64,000 nt of DNA from Podarcis erhardii (Eukaryota): assembly GCA_964252035.1 (NCBI GenBank), contig OZ176212.1. One strand, written 5' to 3'. The notes under the pieces were generated by a model, which saw only the letters and a program-made list of their open reading frames with translations, had not been told where the DNA came from and did no database searches. Below are positions 46,879 to 59,447 of this stretch, piece after piece. Position numbers and translations under genes: made by a program. The stretch's first letter is position 1, and the number at the start of each line of letters is the position of its first letter.

Positions 46879-49800
46879 TTATTTTCTCTTTATTAACTGC
46901 TCCTTGCTGTTCAGTTCAGGCCTCAACAAAATGATGTAGCATTTTGGGGCAAAGATGGAGCCTAGTATCCCAGCACTGGAGGCCAAGATGGAGAAGATCT
47001 CCACAGCCACCATGTATTTCCCCTTGGTGCTCAGGTAGACCGGAACAAAGGAGATCCAAACACTACAAAACAAGAACATGCTGAAGGTGATGAATTTGGC
47101 CTCATTGAAGCTCTCAGGCAATTTCCTGGCCAAAAAGGCTACAACAAAGCTGATAATGGCCAAAAAGCCCATGTAGCCCAAGACACAGTAAAACAGGGCA
47201 ACAGACCCTTCGTTGCAGCCTAGAATGATTTCCTTCATCACAGAGTGCATGTCGGAATCAGGGAATGGGGGAGAGGTTCCTAACCACACAGTGCAAATGC
47301 CCACTTGGATAAGGGAACAAGAAATCACAATGGAGCTTGCCAGTCTTTTCCCCACCCACTTCCTCATTCGGGATCCTGGTTTGGTGGCCACAAAGGCCAG
47401 AACCACCGTGATCGTTTTGGCCAGAACACAAGAAACGGTCACTGTGAAAACAAGGCCAAAAGCCATTTGTCGGAGCAGGCAGCTCACTCTTTCTGGAGGG
47501 CTGAGGAAGATCAATGGGCAGAGGAAGCAGAGCAGGAGGAAAGTGAGGAGAGTGTAGGTGAGGTCCCGATTGTTTGCTCTGACAATGGGTGTGTCCCGAT
47601 GTTTAATGAAGATGACTAGGACCACCAGTGTGAGGAGAGAGAGAGAAAGGGCCAACAATGCTAAGCTCATCCCCAAGGGCTCTTTAAAAGACAGGAAGCT
47701 GATGGTCTTTGGAATGCATTTTGATTGTTCCATGTTAGGATAATGATCTTCAGGGCATGCAGCACAGTCATTCATATCTGGAGAGAACATAATACTTTCA
47801 GATTTCAGATGTGTTGCAAAGCAGCTACTAATGGTGCTCGGTATGGAACTCATAAGCTTAAATTAGATATATCACAGATATTTCCAGAGTAACCAGATTG
47901 AGAGTGATGCATGAGAACCCCACCTCAGCACTTTGTGTTGGGTCATGTGCAGAGGCGGAGCTACTTGCTCTGACACCCAGGGCGGCATGTGGGTGGCACT
48001 AGCCAGTCCACAGGGGCAGGGCTAGCAGCCCACATGGCAAGCGTCCCTAGACGCCCTCCGCCCAAGCGGCAAGGGCGCTGCCAGTGCAGCGAGCGTTGGG
48101 GGGAGGGTGGCGTGGCGATGTCAGCCCACTCAGGGATTACACCCAGGGCGGTCCACACACCATGCACCCTCCTTCCTCTTCCACTGGTTGTGTGGGGTGT
48201 CCTGTGATGGCTTACTAACTCCCCATAAACCATGCTGTGCAGTTTAGATGGACAAAGTTGGTAAGTACAAATACAAATCACCCTCGCATTATAATTGTTC
48301 AGAACAGGAACTCAGGAATGTGTCATACCAACTCAGATAACTGGTCCATTCAGCTCAGCATTGTCTGCAGTGTATCATGGGTGACAAATCCTTTTTTTTT
48401 TTTCGGTGGGGGGCAAGGGCAACGTCCATATTCCATTATGGGGGCTGTGTGCCAATAGGCATGGAGGAGAAATTTGATTTTGTTGACATTTGGATGGGAA
48501 AGTTATTTAAATTGTACTTCTTGAACCAACACAAAGCATAATAGAGTTTCCCCCCAAAATGGTACAGTTCTCCAATCAAACAAAATGTACAAATTGCAAA
48601 TTTCCATAACTTTCCCATAATTTCTAACATTACTTAGTTTTGAAAAGTATATCCCTTTTGTTTCTTACCTTTCTCAGATGAAATCTTTCCTTGAGGACAT
48701 GGAGCACAATCATAGCAGCAGAATGGCTCCCCCTCCTTCTTTTCCTTGCTGGAACCAGGAGGACAACTTGGGTTACACACAGAAAGGGGTGGAACCTGCC
48801 CATTTAAATAAACACTTAAACATTTTAGCACACAGAAATCATTAGCACTTTTTGTTTCCTTTTTCTACCAGCCAGCAGTAGGAAGACACTAAACTACTTA
48901 TACGAAACTCAGTGCCAAGCTACACATTTTGTGTTTGAAAAAAATTATACTTCATTATATCACTGTGGAAAAGAGGACTACGAGAAAATGGAATCTTATT
49001 TGAGTGATTGTGTTTTTTTTAAAAAAAAAATAATTATTGCTTTTAAACACTACAAAGAAAAAGAAAGAGAAGAGAAGAAAAAAAGAAAACAATACAATAC
49101 AATATATAAACAATACACAACACAACGCTAACACAATAAACTAAACAAAACCAAACAAAAACAATTTAAAACACACATCTTACCATATCAATATCTTAAC
49201 TTTCATTCCCTTGTTTCAACGACCTCCTCACACCTCCCTTTTTGTATTCCACTTCTATTAATTGTTTCAGCAAATCCTTTCCATCTTCCTCTATTTCTGT
49301 CATATAATTGTCTTAACATATTTTAACCTTATTTTCCCTTTAATACTCTAATAATCTATTTATACTTAATTCCTTATAACATTTCTACTAAAGCCGTATA
49401 ACTCCATTCCAACATTTTTCTAACACTCATTAATTTTACATTATTTCTATAAATAGTCTTTAAACTTTTTCCAATCTTCTTCCACCGTCTCTTCTCCCTG
49501 GTCTCGGATTCTGCCAGTCCTTTCCACCAATTCCATATAGTCCATCAACCTGGTGATCTTCTGTCCAACGCTCTTAACTCTTTTCCAAGTCCCTTGTGCG
49601 AGTCTTCTTCGTACTTATACAAGAACTTTGCTTTGTCTTCTACTGATCTTATTTTTATTTTCCTTCTTTTGAAGCTGAAGAGTAGATCTCGGGGAAACTC
49701 CCACCTAAAGATGATTTTATTCCTTCTCGACAGGGCAACCAAACCTCTGTAGTTAAACCTAAGATCCAAAAGGTATTTCAGGACGTCTTTAAAAATTTCC

Positions 49801-52800
49801 TCTCTTGACTGTTGTTCTTCTAAGTTCTTCTGGTAGAGTCTGAAGGCCCTCACAATTTTAGTCTCTTCTTGGCCCAAGTCCAGGTCCCAAAAATCAGCAA
49901 ATTCCTGTGTGAGAAAGTCCATCAAACCTTCCCTCCCCAGTTCAGGCAGGGCTCTGAGCCTCAAAGTCTGTTTTCCTTTAGATTCAATCGTAACAGGCAT
50001 CAACTTATGATCGTCAAGTTGCATGTGTGAGGCTGGGACTCTTTCTCTCTCCAATTGTGTTACTTTAGGTTCAACGGCAACAGCTTTCTCCCTAGCCTTC
50101 TCCGCAGTTTGCCATGTCAAAGTAGATTCCTGTGTCAATTTCTGGATAGTTTCTGTATTGGTGTTCACCTTTTGTCCCAAATTATTTATACTTACTATAG
50201 TTAAATCCACCTTCTTGTGAAGCTGTTCCAATGAATCATTTATCTTACATAATACAGCCACTAAGGCCTCTTCTGTCAACATTCTTAACCGATTCAAGGT
50301 CATTCCCAAAGTCTCACAGCTTTATCTTGCAGCTGGAGATTCCCCCAGCTCAACTCTTGTAACAGTTTCTATTTGTATTAGTCCTTTTAAACACAGTTCA
50401 AACAATAAAGTTAGTTTCAATTTTCAGTTACTTTTACTCCTTTTTAAGAGCAGACGGAGAGAATAGAAACAATGTATCTCTCTTATTTAGCTAGCTGTCA
50501 GCGAACGTTCTATTCACTGTCAACGAACAATCCAAAAACGTCAGTCTTACTAGCAGCCCGTTTCCAGGTTCGGAGCGGTGGTATTTTGAATTTCTTCACT
50601 CTCTCCTGCAGGCACACACAATCCAAAACTTCCCCCCTCTTCTCCTGCTTCCAAGGGGGGTTTAGTATTTTCTACCAATGGAAATTTAGTCCTTTACAGT
50701 AGGCTTTCCAAGACTTTAGCTTATAGCCTCTTTGCTGCGATCTATTTACAAAAGGGGGAGGCGGACTTCCTGTTTTGAACCTCTCCATTTCGGTGCCAAA
50801 TTAAGATGTTTGAAAACTCAATTCTCCGCTCTACTCACGGGTAGTTGCTTTAAGATCAAATTGTCCACAGGAAAAAGCGCTCTCCGGCAACAGCTATGCG
50901 GCTTCGCTCCGTGGAAGAAGCAGTCAATTCGAAGCACCGCGCCACTCACCCCACGTCGCTCCGGAACCCCGAAACTGGGTTTCCCCGCGAGTGGGGGAGG
51001 CGCAAAAGGTGCCAGCCGAATCCCAGGTTCACAGGCTTCACCCGCCTGTGATTTTTAATGGGTCTCCGCCTTCGCCGTGGCAGCCAGACCCAAATTTCCA
51101 CGAGGCAAATTCCTCCCAATCAGAGGAATTCCGCCATTACCGGAGGCGCCAACCCGGAAGTCCCCTTATTTGAGTGATGGTTACATACCCCGAGTACCCA
51201 AAGAAAATTGGCCAGGTTTGAATGCACCTGTATTGATATTTGAATTACAAATGGCAATTGTCAGGGGACTGCCATCGGAAAGGGGGAGGGAGGCAGGGGG
51301 ATACAGAGAGCCTCCAGTGATTCTGAGAAGCAGCTCCTTGTCTGGCAGTGGAGAAAACTATAACTCCAGCGGACCCGGGGGGGGGGGGAGTAGCCAGGTG
51401 AAGGGAGGGCTCAAAGATGCTACAGAGAGCCCAAGCGCCTCACCTAGCCCGGCCGGCCAGGAGGCACACACGCCGCTTCCATCACCCTGCTTGCGCAGAG
51501 GGGTGAAAGGTAAGGAGGGAAGGTAGAGATTTGGGGTCTCTAAGTTCTTATGCTGGGGGAGAAACAGGAAAGGGGCACTCTTGGAATCTGCAAGTGACTA
51601 AGACAGACATGAACTTTGGAGTTGTGCACCATAAATGTTGTTGTTTAGTCATTTAGTTGTGTCCGACTCTTCGTGACCCCATGGACCAGAGCACGCCAGG
51701 CACTCCTGTCTTCCACTGCCTCCCGCAGTTTGGTCAGACTCATGTTTGTAGCTTCGAGAACACTGTCCAACCATCTTGTCCTCTGTCGTCACCTTCTCCT
51801 TGTGCCCTCAATCTTTCCCAACATCAGGGTTTTTTCCAGGGAGTCTTCTCTTCTCATGAGGTGGCCAAAGTACTGGAGCCTCAGCTTCACGATCTGTCCT
51901 TCCAGTGAGCACTCAGGGCTGATTTCCTTAAGAATGGATAGGTTTGATCTTCTTGCAGTCCATGGGACTCTCAAGAGTCTCCTCCAGCCCCATAATTCAA
52001 AAGCATCAATTCTTCGGCGATCAGCCCTCTTTATGGTCTAGCTCTCACTTCCATACATCACTACTGGGAAAACCATGGCTTTAACTATACGAACCTTTGT
52101 TGGCAAGGTGATGTCTCTGCTTTTTAAGATGCTGTCTAGGTTTGCCACCACCTTTCTCCCAAGGAGAGGCGTCTTTTAATTTCGTGACTGCTGTCACCAT
52201 CTGCAGTGATAATGGAGCCTAAGAAAGTAAAATCTCTCACTGCCTCCATTTCTTCCCCTTCTACTTGCCAGGAGGTGATGGGCCCAGTGGCCATGATCTT
52301 CATTTTTTTGATGTTGAGCTTCAGACCATATTTTGCGCTCTCCTCTTTCACCCTCATTAAAAGGTTCTTTAATTCCTCCTCGCTTTCTGACATCAAGGTT
52401 GTGTCATCTGCATATCTGAGGTTGTTGATATTTCTTCCGGCGATCTTAATTCCGGCTTGGGATTCATCCAGCCCAGCCTTTCGCATGATGAATTCTGCAT
52501 ATAAGTTAAATAAGCAGGGAGACAATATACAGCCTTGTCATACTCCTTTCCCAATTTTGAACCAATCAGTTGTTCCATATCCAGTTCTAACTGTAGCTTC
52601 TTGTCACACGTAGAGATTTCTCAGGAGACAGATGAGGTGATCAGGCACTCCCATTTCTTTAAGAACTTGCCATAGTTTGCTGTGGTCGACACAGTCAAAT
52701 GCTTTTGCATAGTCAATGAAGTAGAAGTAGATGTCTTTCTGGAATTCTCTAGCTTTCTCCATAATCCAGTGCATGTTTACAATTTGGTCTCTGGTTCCTC

Positions 52801-55800
52801 TGCCCCTTCAAAATCCAGCTTGCACTTCTGGGAGTTCTCGGTCCACATACTGCTTAAGCCTGCCTTGTAGAATTTTAAGCTTGCTTAACCTTGCTAGTGT
52901 GTGAAATGAGTGCAATTGTGCGGTAGTTGGAGCATTCTTTGGCACTGCCCTTCTTTGGGATTGGGATGTAGACTAATCCTCTCCAACCCACTGGCCACTG
53001 CTGAATTTTCCAAACTAGCTGGCATATTGAGTGTAGCACCTTAACAACACCATCTTTTAAAATTTTAAATAGTTCAGCTGGAATATCATCACTTCCACTG
53101 GCCTTGTTATTAGCAGTGCTTTCTAAGGCTCATTTGATGTCTGGCTCAAGGTCAGCAACCACACTCCAATTTTCTTGAACAGATCTCTGGTTTTTCCGAT
53201 TCTATTGTTTTCCTCTATTTCGTTACATCGCTCGTTTAATTTTGATGCTGCCCTTCTGGTGATGTCCATGTGTAGAGTTGTCTCTTGTGTTGTTGGAAAA
53301 GAGTGTTTATGATGACCAGCTTGTTCTCTTGACAGAACTCTATTAGCCTTTGCCCTGCTTTGTTTTGAACTCCAAGGCCAAAATTGCCAGTTGTTCCTTT
53401 TATCTCTTGACTCCCTACTTTAGCATTCCAATCCCCTATAATGAGAAGAGCATCCTTCTTTGGTGTCATTTCTAGAAGGTGTTGTAAGTCTTCATAGAAT
53501 TGGTCAATTTCAGTTTCTTCAGCACCAGTAGTTGGTGCATAAACTTGGATTACTGTGATGTTAAATGGTCTGCCTTGGTTTTGTATCGAGATCATTCTAT
53601 CATTTTTGAGATTGCATCCCAGTACAGCTTTTGCCCCTCTTTTCTTGACTATGAGGGCCACTCCATTTCTTCTACAGGATTCTTGCCCACAGTAGTAGAT
53701 ACGATGGTCAGCTGAACTGAATTTGCCCATTCCTGTCCATTTTAGTTCACTGATGCCCAGGATGTCAATATTTATTCTTGCCATCTCATTTTTGACCACA
53801 TCCAGCTTACCAAGGTTCATGGTTCTTACATTCCAGGTTCCTATGCAATATTTTTCTTTACAGCATTGGACTTTCCTTTCACTTCCAGGCATATCTGCAA
53901 CTGAGCGTCCTTTCGGCTTTGGCCCAGCCGCTTCATCAGCTCTGCATCTACTTGTTCTTGTCATCTGCTCTTCCTCAGTAGCATGTTGGACACCTTCCGA
54001 CCTGAGCGGCTCATCTTCCAGCATCATAACTTTTATATGCTGGTTCTTTTTGTCCATGGAATTTTCCAGGTTGTGGGACATTGAACGCCAGGAACTAACA
54101 GCAGCAGCAAAGAAAACATGCTCCCCTCTTAACTTTCAGCTTTCTTGGGCACATGAAATTAACCACAATTATCTTGAATTTTTGCTCAATCCGCAAGAAA
54201 GAAGGGCATTTTCGCTGGCCAGGTTTAATTCAAATCCTTCAAACCTCCTATGGGGAAGCTTCTTGAGAATGGTGGAAGGAGAAAGAATTTGCACATGTGA
54301 AGACCATCAGGTGGAAACTCTTAAACATATTGTTCTTAAATGTAAACTATATGTTGATCTCCGCCAGCAGTTCCTAGGTATCTGAAGAAGTGTGCATGCA
54401 CACAAAAACTCATACCAATAAAAAACTTAGTTGGTCTATAAGGTGCTACTGGAAGGAATTTTTTTTATTTTGTTTTGACTATAGCAGACCAACACAGCTA
54501 CCTACCTGTACCTTACATGGTAACAACCAAAAGAATATCAACCCTAGATCAAAAGGCGAGAGATATTTTAATCTGACAACAAACTGGGAGAAGAGGTATG
54601 TTTTCACCTGGCGCCTAAAGATATGTAGGGAAGAGAGCCTCTTTGGAGGGGGACAGACTGATTTTTAAAAAATTCTTTGGCCCCCATTGTTTGAGTCTTC
54701 CTAAATCTAAGAAGTCCATTTCCTCATTGCACTGTTGGTGAGAAAAACAGCTACCCACAAATTCCATAGTCCCTGCTTCCTTCCCATCAGAGCAACCAAC
54801 ACCTCATTCTTGACAAGAGACTCATGAAATACCCTGGGATAGAGAGACACACAAGGTAACAGTCACTTGTACACCATATCCAGATGCAGGACAAGACTGG
54901 CCATGGGTGTTATCCTGGACAAGATGGGCCATTGGACTGATCCAGCAAGCTCATCTTAGGTTCTTATGTAGTGCAGCAGAGGAAAATCTAAAAATGCAAT
55001 AATATTGTTTTCCTATATTTCATGGAAGTAATAATAATAATAATAATAATATTTTTTTATTTATACCCCACCCTCCCCAGCCAAGGCCGGGCTCAGAGCG
55101 GCTTACAAGCAATAATAAAAACAAGATGAATGATTACAAACTTAAAAACAAAAATAAAATACAACATTAAAATACAGTGGTGCCCCGCAAGACGAACGCC
55201 TCGCAAGACGGAAAACCCACTAGACGAAAGGGTTTTCCGTTTTGGAGGCGCTTCGCAAAACGAATTTCCCTATGGGGTTGCTTCGCAAGACGAAAATGTC
55301 TTGCGAGTTCCCGCAGGTTTTTTTCGCTTTTTTCGCCCTTTTCCTAAGTCGCTAAGCCGCTTATCAGCTGCTCCGCTGATAAGCCGCTTCTCAGCTGATC
55401 GCTAAAAGCCGCTAGACCACTAATAGCGCTAATCCGCTAAGCTGTCAATGGGCTTGCTTCGCAAGACGAAAAAACTGCTAGACGAAGAGAATCGCGGAAC
55501 GGATTCTTTTCGTCTTGTGAGGCACCACTGTAATGGAACATTAAAATATTAAAATGTAGCCTCATCGCAGGAGGAGAAGGAAAAGAAAAGAAAAAAAGTA
55601 GGAATTATGCCCCACCTGGTGAAAGCTTCTGTGCCAAACCATTCTGTTGTCATCAATGGAAAGTTGCTGGCCTGGGGTGGCTTGCACATCCACCCTTCCA
55701 ACCTTGACCCCCACGAAGGAATTATTTGGAAAAGTGACCAGGTTGGTAATATCAAAGCCAGCTTCTACTTCCCTGTTCTCACCAAAAGATACAGTTTCTC

Positions 55801-58800
55801 CAGCAGAGTTGTTGAAGGAGACAGTCCTGAGGAAGGGATGGAGCTGCATTGGAAGAAAAATAGGAACTGTGAAGTAATGCATATGTCTCTCCTTATTGGC
55901 ACTCACGATGCCTCCTGTTTGTCTGCACTCTGTTTCTATACCACTATTTTAGGAACTGTAGCCATTTTTGTAACCGAGCTATGTTTGACTGCCTGCACAA
56001 CTGACTGCTGTATGGAAAAGCACATGAATCTGACCTTTGAAGAGCTTTGCAAGTAAACAATGTATAACTTATTAATGATGCGACCTGTCTTTGTGCTAAG
56101 GAAGTGGGATGTTTTGGGATCAACTAGAAGGGGTACATTCTAAGGTTTTAATGCCTACATTTCATGCCTTTATTTGCTGCATGAGTTGCCATATTAAATC
56201 TCTTCTAGGGTTCTCTCACCAAAGAGTCCAACAAGAATGATATTGTTTAGCAAGCTCAGCAAAAACCTAAAAAAACAGGTTTTAAATCCTCTCCCTTACT
56301 GTTCCCCATCCCACTTCCCCATCCACAGCTACATTTTTCTCCAGGTCCACCGGCCTCTCCCTGCCAGCTCTCTCCTATTCATCTCAGTATAGGCACGGAT
56401 CCTCCATGTAACTTGTATGCAGAGGGTCCGCCTTCACTAACAGGTTCTCTGCATGCAAAGGCTCACACAAAAAATGGGACAGGTCTGGTACTTCACTGTC
56501 TTACTCCATGAGTAGCTTTTCTGCACACAAGGGGAGAATGTGCTCTTACACAGGAGCTTGAAATTTTTCAGGGTGCTGTTTTACATATCACTGCCTACGT
56601 CTAATAAAGTATATCCCATGATAGGCATTACCTGCCAAGGCCAAAGCTCCTGCATTTCTCCTTCCACCACAGATTTGTATTTGGTCCTGGACAAGAACAT
56701 GGCATGTAAAACATGTGCCGTTGCATAGACAGCATTATAAAGACTGTAGCTGTGGCCAGACATGGTCATCTCAAAAGCAGACGAAATTAGATTCTCCAGC
56801 TTCTCCTCTCCAGTGCAGGTTCTACTGGCCTCCTCCTCTGTACTGGAGTTTGGAAATAAACAGAGAAATACCTCTGCCCAGAACTGCTTGACAAAGCCAT
56901 TTCCATTTGCCTCAAAAGGATTTTGTGCCTCAAGAAAGGATTTGAATCCTTGTACCACATTTGAATGAACTGTAAAGCGGAGAGAACCATGGAAGACTTG
57001 CATATCCTGGTTCATTTGATAGGTCGTAGCCGCGAAATCTAGCTGTGCTGTCAGAATCCACACCTTGCCCACAGATGTCTTGGTCACATTTTCCAATTCA
57101 CCAAGAGCTACTATGTTTCTCAAGGGAAGCATGGACTTTGTTCCTCCATAGTAAACCACCACCTTGGCTTTACTTTCCATAATAGCTTGATAAATTTGGA
57201 TCCAGTGGGGAAACATGTCATAATACTCAGCCAAAGATGTCGTTTTCTGGGTTGTCTCTGAGAAGGCCAAGCAAATGCCTTTCTGGAAGAACAGAGGTTT
57301 CAGCGTCTGAATAAATCTCTCTCCACCTTCTGCAGCAAGCAATCCAACCCACGTCCAACTAAAGTGCAGAAGTAACTCAACAATCCCAGTGTACTGATGG
57401 GCTTCATTGGGCACCATCCTGTAGAAGGAAGTGGATTGGCTTTGACCAGCATCTTCTGGGGCAAAGGAGCCATAAGTGAGCTAAAGGGAAATAAAGGAGC
57501 ATCATCTACAAAAGCAGAAGGACTGGGTATGTGCATCCAGGGCCTTCCCACCCAGGAGGCAAAATGAGCCAGTTGCCTTAAGAAGGCAGGTTCCAGAAAG
57601 CTGGGAGGGGTGGCAGATTGCACCCTGTGTTTCTCAGCCTCCCCCGCCTTCTCTGCCACCCCTGCGTGCCCAGTTTCCAGCTCTCCTGCTCTCCTCTCCT
57701 TCCCTCTCCCTTTTTCTTTATCAACTGTGATCTCTCGGCTTTTAGAAGCTGCTGCTTTCTTCTCCTGTTTCTTTCATGTTGCTTCACCACAACATTTCAA
57801 CTACTAATTTCATAGCATCTTCCCTTCCTCTATCAAACCACAAACACACAGAATTTGCATCAAGTGCCACAATGTGTGGGCAGCTGACTCCTGATAGGCA
57901 GGCTTCCAGCTTTGCAAGAGAGCAGCTTCAGTCTCCAACCAGTAGGCCATGGAGCAAAGGTGAGAGGGTCTCAGTCAGCAGAATGGAATTTTGAATACGT
58001 GTTTCTAGGTGTGTGTGGACAAGGAACTGGGGTGAGATGAGCAATCCTCTACCATCACATTACCTGGTGAATGGCAGGATCACTCTCCTTTGTCTGTCAC
58101 TACTATTTCTATATTATACAAATCCTTTTTGGATAGAAAATATCATGGTGAATGTGTATGAAACCCCTAGCGCAGCATCTTACCTGGGGAATCTTGTAGA
58201 TGCCCAAGATGTTTGCCAGGTAGACAGAGGTACCCAAGTCCAGTCCCCCAATAACTGCCACCAGGTTTTTCTGGGTGTCGCACTTGTAGTTGGGTCTAAG
58301 TGTGGAGGGAAGATTCAGAGCAGCCCGATAGGTCATCCTTTCATCGAAGTAACTGTCATAGATGTGGAATCCCAAGGTGATATTAGGTAAGATCTTGGGG
58401 TTCTCATTGATCTCCTTGACAGCAAATTCCAAGGCCAGAATATGCTGGTAGTTCTTTGGCACAATACTGCAATGAGAATTTTATGCTGTATCATTGAGAG
58501 ATATGCTATGCATGTTGTTCAGGGGCCTCTCTATGATTTTTGAGTATTTTAGTGTAAATTTTGCACTAAATTGCACATACCTGCAGAACAATTTCCCTTA
58601 AAAGAGCAGAATTTCAGCTTAATGTAGGACTCATTCAGACTTCCCCACTCCTGTCATTTTTCTGCAGGAAAATCTGATCTTTACCACTCAATTGGAACTC
58701 AAACTTGCCTCATCACGTCTCCCAACTGACAGTTAACTGACATTTCTTCACTGACCACTACCTTCAGCTGAATACAGTTGGAATGTATCTATTCCAGGCC

Positions 58801-59447
58801 CTGTCTATAGCTATTAAAGACAATCATCTAGCCTGACTTGGATGAGAAGCTGACGGGTTATTCGAGCATCACCTCAAAGGAGAGGCGAGCCTTTAAGACA
58901 CTTCACAAGAGAGTTTCTGAGAGGAAGATTCAGAACAGAGAAGGGCTTTCCATCTGAAACTAGCAAAGGTTAAACTTTGAGTCCTCCTCTTGTTAAACTC
59001 TCCTTGGAAGAGATTTGGTGGAATGCGGGGAGGAGAGAACACATCAACAAGTCCAGGCTCTCTCATCTCACTGACACATTCAGATCTGCATTTCCCTTCA
59101 GTGGAAGTAAATCCCACTGAACTCGGGGGAACCAGCTTCTGAGGAGGCCTGGTTAGAGCTGGGGGATATTTCAGTATCATTTGATTATTTGACATTTGAT
59201 GTCTTTACTGTGTATTAAGGCGCTGATGGATAGTTAGCCTTTCTTTGAAGTCTTCTTTGTCAAAAGCAGCAAATAGATGAGAAGCAAGTCCGCCAACAAT
59301 AAGATCACCAGGTTGGTAGTATTCATGGGGAATTCTGGACAGATCATGGACGGTGCAACTCATGGTATGTTTGCACACCAAATGTAGCAGATGAAAGAGA
59401 AGGGGCACAATAAACAGCAGCATGCTGAAGCACATATTCTTTCTCAT
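46879..59447 (-). CDS. V2R gene F, complete 6-exon receptor (874 aa) with a 6.8 kb TE-filled intron 4
   Basis: Exons: 59447-59209 (upstream in-frame ATG at 59462), 58466-58184, 57480-56632 (849 nt), 55843-55616, 48795-48669, 47777-46879; total 2625 nt. Splice sites are GT-AG and the frame is open. Confidence 0.93.
47950..48186. mobile_element. Degenerate hAT-type MITE in F intron 5
   Basis: CAGAGGCGGAG...CTTCCACTG termini. The flanks gtcatgtg and gttgtgtg both resemble the single gttatgtg at the empty site in G (about 62147). Confidence 0.65.
49009..51164 (-). mobile_element. L1-derived element: 5'UTR + ORF1 + extreme ORF2 end + 3'UTR, with nearly all of ORF2 absent
   Basis: TSD (C)TTATTTGAGTGAT at 48995-49008 and 51165-51178. 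The 5' end GGGGACTTCCGGGTTGGCGCC...ATGGCGG is CpG-rich. ORF 50309-49545 is homologous to ORF1 at 62630. Segment 49545-49010 matches the 3' end of the L1 at about 6020-6470. Confidence 0.9.
51636..54070 (-). mobile_element. RTE-BovB LINE, degraded, with an internal deletion
   Basis: Endonuclease ORF 54081-53236 ([10 protein letters not shown]...[10 protein letters not shown]...IQVYAPT...GDWNAKVG) and RT fragments ([10 protein letters not shown], 52525-52136). BovB tail GACTAAACAACAACA at 51636. The 5' boundary is approximate. Confidence 0.92.
54085..54376 (+). mobile_element. Non-LTR ORF2 C-terminal cysteine-motif fragment (RTE-X/CR1-like, unassigned)
   Basis: Translates [15 protein letters not shown]...[21 protein letters not shown]...Y...LRQQFL, a CxC...H...C C-terminal motif. 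Confidence 0.55.
54377..54510 (+). mobile_element. Penelope-like terminal fragment with a mutated hammerhead core
   Basis: Homologous to 9765-9858, but GAAAGCTC is changed to AAAAACTC. Confidence 0.7.
55030..55598 (-). mobile_element. L2/CR1-type 3' tail fragment interrupted by a MITE
   Basis: (AAT)n tail followed by tttatacccaccctccccagcc...gctcagagcggcttac. It starts 18 nt into F intron 4, where homology to the other paralogs stops. Confidence 0.6.
55175..55530. mobile_element. Tigger/TcMar-type MITE (356 nt)
   Basis: 22-nt TIR CAGTGGTGCC(C/T)C(G/A)CAAGACGAA, with a TA TSD on both sides (55173-55174 and 55531-55532). Confidence 0.9.

Noticed and set aside
50732-51526. Plus-strand ORFs of 108 and 149 aa near the L1 5'UTR, as an ORF0-like antisense protein
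   Set aside because: These are GC-rich chance ORFs. The 149-aa one crosses the TSD into unrelated flank, and the starts are non-ATG in the sequence.
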